The notes: generated from the sequence alone by a model not told the origin. Numbered from the whole stretch's first letter, positions 11,926-24,826 are shown. The stretch: DNA of 57,860 bases, filler included, from Sphacelaria rigidula (GCA_964200075.2; 5 parts of 5 records of this genome joined end to end with filler, not necessarily neighbours in it); one strand, 5' to 3'. Made by a program: numbers and translations.

Positions 11926-13048
11926 CTATTGTGTTCGATCATATCATCTGCGGTGCGGCTCAAGCCAGGGCAGGTAAAATGTCCAGGAAGATGTTCACTG
12001 AGATATTCAATTTTCTTATTAATAAGGAGAGCAAAACATGTGCGTTTTGACCACCTCGCCATGAGTTAGTAAGGGCATCACGTGACAAAACAAATAATCA
12101 GCCATCATGGTGCGCGCTGGGTGATGCGCGCTGGGAGCGACGCGCTCGTGCTCACGCTTACGACGACACAAAGGTAATCAAGCTACGGAGACCGCTATAG
12201 TGGTTCCCACCGCGCTTGGGATAAGGTGAAGAAACGCAATCAGTCGAATTATTTAAGAAAAATCAATGTACTCTTGACCATGACAAGTACCCCGCAAAAA
12301 TAACTGCGAGACACACTGCTGTTCAGGCGAAGATTTCAATTCTGCCGCTTACGTACGGAATGAGTGAAGTGTAATTCGTCGCCTCAAGCAACAGCGAGCA
12401 AGAGCTATATGTTTTTATCATGAAACGCGTGCAGAACTCCACATGCCATAACAGCAATTAATGAGATTATCATCCAGGGATCATTGACCGAACAACGCAC
12501 AATAGAGCAAGAGAAATGATAGCCTGGACCGGAAGGCACAAAAAATTGGACTTGCGAAAAAGATGCTTCAAGATAAGACAGCTGCTCAGGCGGGAGTTTA
12601 CGTTCGTCGTGCGTACTGCTGTGATGAGCGGAGATTGTAAATGCGTCGCCAATGACGAGAGTCAGTGGGCCCATACCCATATAACTAACAGTATGATCTC
12701 GGGATATTGTATGTCGACGGAGACTCAACCGGAATATGAATTGATACATGAGCTGAAGCCATGAGATGAACCTCAGGACTAAGGTCCATCCGGGTGTGCT
12801 TGCACCGCTTGAAGATGCGTGTCCACAACGTTAGCGTAGCGATATCGCTTACAGCGTAACTTCGGAGGTGGCTATGCGCTAGTCCTGTGCGCGATGCCAT
12901 TTGAGTAAAGGAAAACGGCGTGTCTCCCACGCAGTTCGATTCGATGCTCTTACAGGTTAGAGTCAGAATCTTCAGCTATTCTTGATTGAGCAGGAAGCGC
13001 GGAGTTGATGTCGGAAGGCATGAGTCTCTACACGTTGTATCCTTGATA

Positions 13049-13491
13049 TGCAACAGCTGCACGCACGATTTTTTGACGCGTAATACAGCTGGCAGGAGCA
13101 ATGTAGCGCTGTATGCACCCATTATGTTGCACACTGTATTGTTACACGTGAACGCCGCCCCGGTTAAATGCACTATGCCTCACATAATTACCGCCCGCTA
13201 ATGCGCGACACTGGCACATGAGGTCGGTTTTACATCGAATGTTGCCAGATTTTATTGGCACCGCTCGTTGTCTCCTTCGCATGCAACACAGCCGCGCGCA
13301 CGACTTTTGACGCGTGACCAACTGGCAGGAGCAACGTGGCGCTGGCTACACCCATTAGCAAAAATTGTATCGTTGTACGTGAACGCCGTACCGGTTAAAG
13401 GAACTATGCATCACCGAATTGCTGTTCGCTAATGCGCGACACTGGCCCAGTGGGTCGGTGTTACCTCGAACGTCATCAGATTTTAGTGGCA
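13049..13491. repeat. Diverged ~232-bp tandem duplication
   Basis: Shared blocks cgcacga..ttgacgcgt..ctggcaggagcaa, cgtgaacgccg..ccggttaaa and cgctaatgcgcgacactggc. Confidence 0.85.
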
Positions 13492-16400
13492 GCGATGGGG
13501 CGAAGAACCGAAACAATCAGGGGAGTATTCACAACAAGCAACTGCTGATGCGAGCTGTTGATTGGGAGTAATGAGCGCCGATATGTGCGTTACACACCAA
13601 GCCGATGCTGCTGTTATACCCTCCCGTTTGGTTTTAGCGGGAAAACCGAGATGCCGCACCTCGCTTCATGCTTTGAGTGACACGAGTGCTACTTCGAGCA
13701 AGAGCCGGATCCAGTGGTATGGATTGTTTAGACAGGCCCCAAATGAGGATGCTTGGATCTTTATGCCGCTGCACCGGTTGTCCAATCCACCCCCCGCAAC
13801 AGCTGCGGTGCGCTCGGTGATAGCCGCGCGATGTAGCTTCTAGGAGCAACGTTGTGTTTTATGTAGCAATCATGTTACGGTTACGGTGAGATACCTGTGA
13901 ATCTGCGATAGCGCTCGAACGAAACAGGGATCACGGGAAACAATAAAACAAAATGAGGGTATCTCGTATCTTCACCAGTACGGTTAAATTATTCCGAAAT
14001 GAGGAGTGGTGATGTCAAATTAATCCTTTCCGCAGACTGTACTGACTGTCGCAACTACAGTACAGTACAGGTGCCCAACGCATTGCATTAGTGCGACAGA
14101 ACGTTGTTCGTCTCACCGAAAACGAAAGGGCCCGCATATCCGCGAAGTTTTCAACAGAAGTGCAGACAGCACTGCGTGCGACTAAGATTGGTTTCGGTAG
14201 GGACGAACACGAGGACAGTATCGCTGCTCATGCAATCCAAAATAGTGTTCGTGATTCGTGAACGCAACGCAACAGAACGGACAGGAAAAGCTTCGACACT
14301 TGAGAGGGCTTGAAGGCTTTTGCTGTGAGACAGTAGGGAAACAAGATATGTTCCATGGTTTAGTCCTCCGGCTGATTGTGGAAGGGTCTTCAAATTGAAG
14401 CCAACGCCAAGTGAACACTCCACTATAGCCGCGCTTCTTTCCATTCACCTTGGGTTACCCGCATCGGGTGCGGGAAGGTTGACGTGAGATGCGAGCTTCA
14501 CACGCTAATTAATTAAGCAGATTCGGGCCCGGTACATCTTCGGTATGCCGACTTCTGTACACCAGGCGGTCAGATCTCTGTCAATTACCCCATACTTGCA
14601 TCTGGGCAAACTGATTATGTACACAGGACCATACCCATGTTATCACACGGTAATAAAGTGACTGAGCTGTATTGAAATGCACTAAAACTCGGTACCGCTG
14701 CTTCTGTATAGCTTTAAGACAAATACTCTAGCGCATCCACGCGGGCAGTAAGGTTGTGGTGACGCTACATCAGCCGTTCACCGACGCCAGCCATGCTTGA
14801 AAGGCCGTACTTCAAAACCTGACATGTTGACTGTGATGCGGCTTCACAACGCCGCCGCGTACCGTTACTCGCCATGTACATGCAGGTTCACAGTGCTACC
14901 GCGTGTCTGATAAAAATGATGTAAAGAAGGTGGCGGTTAAAGCTAACGATGCGCGGTAGATCGAAACGTTCCGTCTATCAAACCCTAAAACTTATCACGA
15001 CCTGCCTTAGCGAGTCTCGGAATGATCAAATCATGAATTACGCCTGCCGACAGACTGAGCAGACAACTGTCATTAACGGGAAGTTGCGAAGTTTGAATGG
15101 ACGAAACACGGCACCCCCCCCGGTCAGGGGGGGCAGGTCACTGAGTTGCGGAAGGTTCACTGTTATGAAAAATGGATGTACACTTCTGGATAGTTCGAGG
15201 GCTGGGGGATATCTGCTCCGATACTAAATAAAAACCAGACCCAACCGTGTAGTTTAGTTATGTTCACAACTTTTGAAGAAACCCAGCAAACAATTATCGG
15301 TTATGGTCCCCGACATATATTATGAGGGTTGAGAGGTGAAGGTTTCCGTTCTAAACCGGTCGACAGTCTAACGTGGAGCTCCTGTGCGACCAGTGGGTAG
15401 TGCAACTAGCCCTTGCTGGTGCACGATGTACCAGTGTGTAGCAATTATGGCAGTATCTACTAGAATGTACACACCTTTTCAATTTCTCGCTCCATATTAT
15501 CGAAAGGAAATAACACGGTGAATCAAGAATGATCCACCATCAGTCATCAATAACTCAAGGAATGGGACCATTTACCCATGTTCATCCTGGCTGGGGTGAT
15601 CAACTCAACACTGCTACGATTGGGCAGCTACGGAGAGTGCTGCGAGACAAGATACCTGCACGAGGCCACCAGACGCACACTACACCATCTCCCATTGTGT
15701 GTCCACTCTGCACCTATCGACAATCGAATTCCAACGCGGTTTGTCTGTACATGCATGCTATGACTCCCATCAGACAAGGCTGCATTTGTCTGGGCAGGGC
15801 TTCTGGTCTTGAGGCTCTACGGGTTCCACACATTCCTTTTGCCGATATATATCGAGAAGAAACAGACCAGGCGGTTGGCTGGTACTGAACAACGAAAGTA
15901 ATAATTGTAGACCTTATGCACCATGCTGGCATGGAAGCTGCATGGAAGCCAGACAACGTGTGAATGAATTGGGGAATGTGCGTGAGTCCGGAGTATGCGT
16001 GCGTTATACAATAGGCTCACCTACAAGCAGGCAGGGAATCACTATATACAGGGAAACATGATGTTACATGAAGCTAGGGGGGGTATCACCTGCGACCACG
16101 TAAAATACCATCTTATGCTATGCTTGCTTACACGCGGTGGCAGGTCAAATATTTCGCAAAACAGCAATGAAACAGTTGAAGCGGTGTGATCTCCCTTACG
16201 CCTTGAAATAAAGACTTGCACTCACGGGTGAGTGCATAGGATCGAAATGTCAAAGCCGATCGTGCAGGGAGCTGTGAGTTGAGACAGCTTCATGCTTGCT
16301 TCATAGCCGTGACAGGTCAAATCTTGTCGTGTAGATCTGGATGAGTAGAGTCACGGTGGATGCTAGGATTGCATGACTCTCTAGACTGCTTTACTAAATA

Positions 16401-17239
16401 TTTCCATGCAGCAGCTGCTGTGTGCTTCCTGCTATGTGATGCAGCTCAAAAGAGCAACACAACACTATGCCGTCTTCACCCATCAAGCTTGTGCTTACTG
16501 TATTCATTACCACACGGGAGTTTTCATCACGTTTGCACACCAGAAACGGGACGGTGTATACAGACGAAGTTGACAGTAAATATCAGTTGAACCCTTACTA
16601 ATTCGAGTATAATCTATCGTCGTGCGCCGCTGGACGGACTAACGTTAGACTTATTCACAACTGACGCTGCTGTTGCTTATGATTTTTGGAGTTTCATACA
16701 GCTGACTGAAATGGAACCACGGTACAATATGCTGCTCCACACATACTCAAACTCGACAGGACCCGCTAAATTAAAAATCGCTTGTGTCTCCGCACATTGA
16801 GTTGCGATAACTACACCATCTCCTCGACGAAATCGTTCACTTTGTACTCAGTCTAACAGTGCATGAGTGTGCTTTCACTGTGGGAACAAAACTGTTCCGA
16901 ATCACCATCGAATATCAAATGTCGGATTATGCATGCGGAAGAACCTCTGCCGTGTACTGTCTATTCGAGACTATATACTGTGGGGACACATGAGGTAGTG
17001 ATGGCCGTGTTGCCTGAGTGAAACTACTCAACGCGATATCAACCAGTAGATGAGAGTTAACGAACTGCCTGCGGAAAAGATACGCAGGAGCTATCGAGAT
17101 GTTGTCGGCTACGACTAGTAACGAGTACAGCATATACTTTTAGGAACGCGAACCACTTGCTAGAGTATCTCATGCGTGGCCACGGATGCAACGGTGATAG
17201 AATGGCATTTTTACTCTCTATATACTTCGCAAATTCACG

Positions 17240-18100
17240 AAACTGCTCATGTGACCGTAATGCCATACTGGTTGTGCATACATGCTACAAGGCACGATAC
17301 CATGTGAGCCGATTTGTCGTGAATGGAAATTGCAAAGCTTGAATCAACATGGGGTATTTACCCTTCCCCGGTCAGGGGGGGGGGGGCAGATCATTGATGC
17401 GATAATGTGTGTTATAATCATGGAAGTTGCACGTAACTTCAACGTGGTTCCCCCTGATTGATAGTTTTGCCCTTGCTGGATAGCTCCAAAGGGTGTGGGC
17501 GAGCCATACATGCTTGACAACTTCGGGGCTATGTGATGTCTGCTCTGATTTTGAAGAAATCAAACCCAACCATGTACTTTGACTTTGCTTCACGACTTTC
17601 AATACATGGGTGATCGTTTCCGTGTGCACCTAATAACTGCACCTCATACATGACCGTGTATGCAACTGATAGAGAATGACATTGTTACGCTGCCGTCCGC
17701 TAATGCACGAAAAGCTGTTTGTGTAACCGTAATGTCAAACTGGTTGTGCATACATGCTACCAGGCACGGTACTATGTAAGCCGATTAGCCATGAACAGAA
17801 ACTGCGAGGCTTGAATGAACGAAACATGACGTATTTACCCTACCACCTGGTCAGCGGGGGCAAATCATTAATGCTCGAAATGAATGCTATTTTGTCATGG
17901 AAAATGGATGAAAGCTCTACGTGATTCCCCTGTTTGATCGTTTGCGCCCTTGGTAGATATCTTCAAAGAGTATGAACGAGCCATACATGCGTAAAACAAA
18001 TAGAGAGTTCTGTGAAGTTGTTTCGATTCTAAGAGATCAAACCCAACCATGTACTTATAGTTATGTTTCGACTGTAAATACGTGGGTAGTTGTTTACATG
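17240..18100. repeat. Diverged ~470-bp tandem duplication, with a third remote copy near 15050-15265
   Basis: Shared blocks ccgtaatg..actggttgtgcatacatgctac, gagccatacatgc and aaacccaaccatgtactt. Confidence 0.8.
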
Positions 18101-18343
18101 TCCACTGCTGAACATACCGTTATTTGATCGATATTACCCGCAGCGGTGGATCACAGGACTGCATGAAGCCTGCAACAGTTGCTTGTCAACAATTATTGTT
18201 GGTGCCCGCCTGCCAAATTTCATGTAGCTACTCATGAGTATGATAATTAACTCAGATCCACAACAATTGAGCGGCTATGAGTGAAGCTGCATGCTAATGT
18301 ATTTGCATGCGGCCACCAGACGGATGCTCCGTCAGTTCCCGTT

Positions 18344-18490
18344 GACCGTCTATACTCGTGCACGCTCCGACAATCAATTCGAAGATGACCGTTTACTTGT
18401 GCACGCTCTGACAATCCATTCGAAGATGAGCGTCTACGTGCCTGCTCCGACGATCAATTCGAAGATGACCGTCTACCTGTGCGCGTTATG
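18344..18490. repeat. About 3.5 copies of a ~39-43-bp tandem unit
   Basis: Unit approximately gaccgtctac..gtgcacgctccgacaatcaattcgaagat. Confidence 0.85.
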
Positions 18491-18807
18491 ATCGTCCCGG
18501 GGGCAGGGCTACATTCTTCTGGTCCTGAGAGTCCATGGATTCCACACATTCCTTTGCCGGATTTACACTGGAAATAATCTGATGGAAGTCGTTGGCTTGT
18601 AATGAACGACTCGTGTGTTTATCGTCGAGACTTTGCAAGTTGCCGACATACAAGCCGGACATCGAATGGATGAACGAGAAAGTTGTATGAACCATATATA
18701 TATATATATATGCTTGCACCATGCAGCGAACAAGCAGGATTTGATTGCATACAGGAAAATGGGCGAGGACGGAGGCTCAAGATGTCAAGACCATACTTGT
18801 CGAACGA

Positions 18808-19497
18808 TTGACAGGAGAGCCACGACTTTCCATGTGTTTTCGAACAGAATAACGGGAGCTAGGAGTTTCCCATGTGTTTCCGAACAGGTTGACAGGGAGC
18901 CAGGAGTTTCCCATGTGTTTTCGAGCAGGTTGACAGGGATCCAGGACTTCCCATGTGTTTTCGAGCAGGTTGACAGGGAGCTAGGATTTATCATATGTTT
19001 TCGAACAGGTTGACAGGGGAGCCAGGAGTTTCTCATGTATTTTCGAATAGGTTGACTGGAGGCCAGGAGTTTCCCATGTATTTTCGAACAGGGTGGCAGA
19101 GATCCAGGATTTCCCATGTGTTTTCGAGCAGGTTGACAGGAAGCCAGGAGTTTCCCATGTGTTTTCGAGCAGGTTGACAGGGAGCCAGGAGTTTTCCATG
19201 TATTTTCGAACAGGGTGGCAGAGATCCAGGATTTCCCATGTGTTTTCGAACAGGTTGACAGGGAGCCAGAAGTTTCTCCTGTGTTTTCGAACAGGTTGAC
19301 AGGGAGCCAGGAGTTTCCCATGTGTTTTCGAGCAGGTTGACAGGGATCCAGGACTTCCCATGTGTTTTCGAGAAGGTTGACAGGAAGCCAGGATTTCCCA
19401 TGTGTTTTCGAACAGGCTGACAGGGAGCCAGGAGCTTCCCATGTGTTTTCGAACAGGTTAATAGGGGGCCAGGAGCTTCCCATGCGTCTTAGAACAG
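18808..19497. repeat. Minisatellite: 17 copies of a 40-42-bp unit
   Basis: Consensus GTTGACAGGGAGCCAGGAGTTTCCCATGTGTTTTCGAACAG; units counted by eye; no unique spacers. Confidence 0.95.
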
Positions 19498-19730
19498 CGC
19501 GAACGCCATTTTAGCCGAAGCGAGTAGGAACGATGCACAACAGCTGTGGGTACAACCTGAAGTTTGTCACCACAACAAGAGTAGCCACCACTCACCAGTA
19601 ACAGTATTGCTGGGCACCGGGGTGGGGAGGGGGGGGGGCTGTGCATCATAGCAGTGGTGGAAGTCTTTGGTGAGGCAAGGAGTAGGAGTGCTGAGGGGCA
19701 GCAAACCCTAGTGACAGCAGGACGCCGCCG

Positions 19731-20237
19731 ATGAAGATTGTGGGGTTAGCTGAGGAGATCACGACGGTTCCGCAACTGTACACATTGACAGATAGGAAAG
19801 TGGTGTTAGGATCAGGATCGTCCTCGGAGTGGGCCTATCGGGGGTTGTTCCATGACGGAGCCGAATCTCACTGGCTTTCAGAGGAAGAAGTTTTGGACAG
19901 TTTCACTGGGCTACAGTTGGACGTGTTTCATGCCTTGTGGGAACTATATAACCCGTAAACCAAACCACGCCCATCCGTTCACCCATCTCGAGCGGAAAGA
20001 GACTATTTTGCCCGGAATGAAGCTTTGCGACTCATTCCTCCAGGGACCAGAATATATAAACAGTTTGTGGACAACCAAGGTGAGCGGCAGGAGTTCGATG
20101 GGGAAGTGTTCGACTTCTGTCAGACGTATTACCGTATCAAGTACGAGAATGGAGACTGGGAAGAGATGACGCCGTCGGATATGCAGAAAAATGCGGTGAA
20201 GGAACAGGGTACCGGAACCGCTTCAGGATCGAATTAA
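19731..20237 (+). pseudogene. C-terminal remnant of retrotransposon pol: chromodomain-like then Tudor-like domain, with one premature TAA (19956-19958)
   Basis: ORFs 19731-19958 and 20025-20237 are in the same frame. Motifs are EWAYRGLFHDGAESHWLSEEEV and GTRIYKQF..EFDGEVFDF..YYRIKYENGDWEEM. The position just upstream of the PPT and 3' LTR is where integrase C-terminal extensions lie. Confidence 0.7.
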
Positions 20238-20494
20238 TGGAGAAAAGGGATCGTTCTGCACGGTGTTCAAATTCCCCACGTGATCTAACCCGGCAGAGCG
20301 GTCAACAAGATCAAGGACGCCTCCGGACTGGAAGGGATCGTCCTGCACGGCGTTTAAATTCCCTACGTGGTCTAACCCGGCAGAACGATTATCAAGATCG
20401 ACGGCTACACCCCGACGCTGAGCACTCGGAAGAGGGATATGGTAACGCGGCGATCCATCGTGTGAATCACGTCAGTCCCACGGTTTTCAATCCT

Positions 20495-20509
20495 AGGACT
20501 GAGGGGGGG
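20495..20509 (+). promoter_or_regulatory. Polypurine tract
   Basis: AGGACTGAGGGGGGG immediately before the TG start of the LTR. Confidence 0.85.
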
Positions 20510-21165
20510 TGTCACGGATCGCGGCGTGATGCGGTGGAAAGGGGGACAGTACAATGATGGGCCGTTGATTCGGAACGAAGATACGCGCCCGGAGGGCTGA
20601 TTGCGGGAACTAGCTAGTACCCGCAGTCAGGGGTGAGGATGTTGAGTAATCCGTCAAGATACGGAGTACATAAAAACATGCCTCTTACATCTGGTTGAAT
20701 CCGATTCTTTCTAAGAATCGGTGCAATGCTATGATGCCCTGGTGTTCAAAACTTCTCGAGAAGGCTCTGGCTATCAACACCACCAAGGGACGAAAGAAAA
20801 TCGAATCACCTGAAGCTGTGAATAAGGATATCCTGACTATCGACGTGTACTGTACTGCGTTGGACTGTCTCCCCACGTGCTGTGAGCTTACGATTGTTAC
20901 AAGAGTAACGGTGAGACGGTTTAGAGCTTGAGTACTTTATGAACAGATGTGAGATGATCGACCCGCAGTAAATAGATATGAACGAACTCGTGCACAAGTG
21001 GATGGCAGTCAAATAATAAGTAGAATGAAAGGTCCCACCCGAAATAGTGAAATTTCGTACTCGTTGACCGAAGTTTTTGTTGTTTGCCCAGTTTCAGTGA
21101 TCAACCTGCACTGTAGAGTTAAGCAAATGTCGACAACAACGGGAGACTGCCGTTTGTTTGTATCA
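20510..21165 (+). repeat. Complete 3' LTR, 656 bp, TG...CA
   Basis: Starts TGTCAC right after the PPT and ends GTATCA exactly where similarity to the 5' copy ends. Confidence 0.9.
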
Positions 21166-23087
21166 GTTGGCGGTGGCGTATTGAGTGATCAAGCAAGGCG
21201 CTTCCCCACCTAGCCACCGCAATGCGGTAGTTGTTGCCGTGCCGTAGTGCATCTAAAATCTTCACGGCGACCTCGGTGCGATGTGCGCTGAAGAGCGCGT
21301 GAGCAGTTGTACTGCCGCATGCTCTGTTTCAGTCCGCACAGAATCGAGGTGGGGTCAAAATGCGGTAGAATCAAGTTTTCAAACAATCAGGTGACGAGTC
21401 TGCAGTTGTGTGTTCGGTCTGCAGTAACTACTGTATACTCGTAGTACCACAGAAGATACTCAAGGCAGGTGCATGCAGGTTGAGGCAAAAAGATTGAACC
21501 AGCACGGAGCTGCTGTATCCTCGGTGATTGTTGGTAGTAGCTGTCTGCCTCACAGCAGCACAATGTGCGGGTCCAGGGTCAGATTTATGCTTATCAAAGT
21601 CTTGGCAAACTGCCCTACAGGGTCCGCAAGATTTTGTTGTTGTTGGCTCACTTTCATGGTAGACAAACACCAGTTATCTCACATGATTTGGAAGTGGTCG
21701 CATAAGACATCGCCTTAGCAAACAAAGGCATACAACGAACTTTGCCAGTGGTGGCGGGATCACCTTTCCTAACCATCGTGTTTATCCAGCATCAACATCG
21801 CAGGGCTGGTATCTGTGTCGGGCACGAATCAGGTTCTACTGCCACAATTAGTCGTCCCCCCGCACACAAACGCTCATTCATATATGCCTCCTTACTGATC
21901 GATACGAGTAATCGGTACACTGTACTACAGTATGCAAGCTAAGTCGATGAGCCGGCAATGCATCTCGCGAAACATCGAGATGGGGTAAGCAACGTTGACT
22001 GATGATTACCCACGGCTCTGTGTTCTCACACGACTGGCAAGTCAAACATGTGCGGTGCAACTATAGACTACAGGGATAATACAGAGCAGCATGATGAGAA
22101 CCGTTTGTGCACAGTAGATTTTGAGACATCGTTCCAGCTTTGAAACTAGAACACTACTCAGGTATACGAAGTATGCAAATCAAGGGGCCACTCGCGCGAG
22201 CTGAACAGACCGGATAACTTCTGTTTTTGTGCGGGTCCATGAATATACATTTTCCCAAGCAGCGGCGACGATCAACTTTCGCATGAAAATAGACTCACTA
22301 CAAACCTCATGTATAATATATGCATGCTATCCACATGGTGCACACTTGATAAATCCGTCAACATGAAAGAATGTTCACCCAAATGTCAAAATACACCTCA
22401 CATGCAATGCACAAAATAACAGTAATCGTCGCCGCCATCGAAAAAAATGTTCGTAATTCCCATACAAAAATAACGGTATATCCGGTTGTACTCTCACACA
22501 AGCGACCTACACGCCGTATTTTACCCCCAACCCTTCACGTGCTGGAGGTTCCTTCTTTTCAGGCTATAAGCGCACAAGTGTCTATTACAAATATTAGTCC
22601 CCACATAGCTCCTACGACAGTGTAACGGACACGACGATCGACTTGACTCACATCCAGTGCAACGCGTATTCTTCCGTGCACAATATTGCCCGAACAGGGA
22701 TACATTGATTGCTTGCGAGACTAATCGGAACTAATCAAGTTCTTTTTATGCGAGACGTGAGCTCAGTTCTTTTTTTTTGTCCTTCCTTATTTTTCTTCCC
22801 TTCTTGGACATGAACGGTGATGAAACGGCATGCACCTAGGTCATTGTTCTCCTCTGAACCGGCATGTAACACACGATGCTCCCTCATCCCATCAACAACC
22901 ACGAAACGCCAATCAATTTCAACAGCTAACATGACAACATTCTATGTCGGGCAACGCAATCAACAAACCACAGATCCCAACAAAAAATAGAAAAGAAGGA
23001 GAAAAAAGGAAATCACAGCCGATTCTTCAAAATGGGGTTGAAAAACAAAATGAGGTTCAACTCAAAAGCCGTGCTTTCCCTGGCCTA

Positions 23088-23187
23088 NNNNNNNNNNNNN
23101 NNNNNNNNNNNNNNNNNNNNNNNNNNNNNNNTTAATTAATTAANNNNNNNNNNNNNNNNNNNNNNNNNNNNNNNNNNNNNNNNNNNN
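23088..23187. other. Artificial contig linker
   Basis: N44-TTAATTAATTAA-N44. Confidence 0.97.
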
Positions 23188-23650
23188 TGTCACAGAAATC
23201 TATAGCCGAATCTGGAATAGCCTGAGACAACAACCAATTTGAAAATTGGAACTACCCTGGCCATCCCATGAATGTGTTGGCCTTCCTCCTGTGTGTCCTC
23301 GGCTGGTGCGCTAACATATACCGAAAGGTGTAGACCGGCGTCCAGAAGATGGAATAACACACACAATACACTGTGCGCAGTACACTTTCAACATCGCGTT
23401 CGTACTGACTGTAGAAATCTGTCCAGGGTCTGACACATTTCTTCATGTAGTGCAGTGTCTGGTACATTCCCACTTATAATGCAGGGTCTGGTACATTTCG
23501 ACATGTATGTAATGGTACTCAGTGATATCGTGAAAAGATCCGCAACATCTCGGCGAACTGCAAGTAAGGTAATCGCCAAAATATTCGCCTGCAAACTCTG
23601 CTCCAGTGCCCTGTAAGTTAATATCGCTAGAAGGACAGCACCATACCCAC

Positions 23651-24498
23651 CTTGCCGGCTGCCAGACTGTCAGTACGTGGGATCCGCTAGCATTGCCACT
23701 GTCTGTACGGGTATGTTGCACCCTCGTCGTGTACATGGGGAAGGGTCCGTGGCAGAACGCAGTGGTCGCGTCAAGCAGGTGCATGCTGGGCGTTCTCACT
23801 TGTAACTTCGATTTGGAGCATGATACTAGGTAGGCAGCAGCAACTGCTTTGTGTCCAGGTGCCCCTTGGAGCAAGATGCGTGTAGTTTTTGTTTTACAAA
23901 GTTTCCCCCCCCCCAAACAAAACCAATAGGGGTTCTAAAGTGGGAAAATATAGCAAAAGAAAAGTCGTAAAAACCGAGTCGCAAAAAACCGGTTAGTCGA
24001 ACTTTTACCCGGAGCAGAAACCAAGTTCACTTCGTGAAATTAGAAAACGACACATGGCCGAGTACCTACAGCTTTCACGCAAAACTATAAGCCCGACCCG
24101 TGTTTTTCAGACCCGTATGAATATGTGCCTCAGTGCCGCCCTGCACTCCGTATATAGAACGTAGATAGGTGGTGCCGATTTTTGTTTGTGCAGACCATAG
24201 GCACGCAAGTGCTGATTTCGGCTGTGCGCATAAACTTGAACAATTTTGACCCGTTGCATCCCTCACTGGACAAAGCTAATCTGATTGCACCGGTGTGACA
24301 CTTTTGGTGCGCGCATGACGTATCCTGAGGGATTCTTCTGTGGCTTTCAGCCGTGAAAATGGTCGCCGTCGGTCTTTTCTGCTCCCATATTTTTTCTGTC
24401 GCAGCTTGAAATAGTGGGGCGTCTGGCCCGGGGACGGAAGGGGAGGGTTCCCCAGCGGCTAACGCCCAGAGCCAAAAAAGGGTTAACGACGCACGCAT
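23651..24498 (-). CDS. Candidate first two exons (24498-24267, 23864-23651) of an unknown protein with a signal-peptide-like N-terminus
   Basis: ATG start MRASLTLFWLWALAAGEPSPS; GTGAGG donor, AAG acceptor and GTGGGT donor give a phase-compatible open frame. No homology recognised. Confidence 0.35.
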
Positions 24499-24826
24499 CC
24501 ACCATACTTCACGGGACTGTCAGGCCAAACTCTCGACAAAGAGAACCTTGGGCGCTCAACGAGTCTGACCGATCGCCGAACATCAACACATCGAGAGCAG
24601 ACGTGTGCAACGCCGGTTAGGTTAAAAATCGTTCTTGAATTTCGCCATGTTTCAACACTTACATGTATCCACAATTTCTACATCACATTCTCACTACCCA
24701 CCACGCCCAGCAAAAGCCACGACGATAACACTTCCGACGCCAGACACAATTGGCACATGAAGCGCAACCCAAGTCTAATGCTGCCCCTTCCTTCCACCCC
24801 CTGCCACATGCAGCACCCATTCCTAT

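Larger units (their letters stand above)
11597..21165 (+). mobile_element. LTR retrotransposon, probably Ty3/Gypsy-type, non-autonomous or internally replaced; 5' LTR truncated by the contig start
   Basis: LTR segments 11597-11907 and 20855-21165 differ at only 3 of 311 nt. A PBS-like 18-mer follows the first LTR and a PPT precedes the second. The pol C-terminal remnant is at 19731-20237; no gag, protease, RT, RNase H or integrase core was recognised. Confidence 0.75.

Noticed and set aside
18808-19497. CRISPR-like or guide-RNA array
   Set aside because: Units are contiguous and differ only by substitutions and small indels; there are no unique spacers and no nuclease gene nearby. The ORFs over it (e.g. 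18785-19483) are repeat translations.
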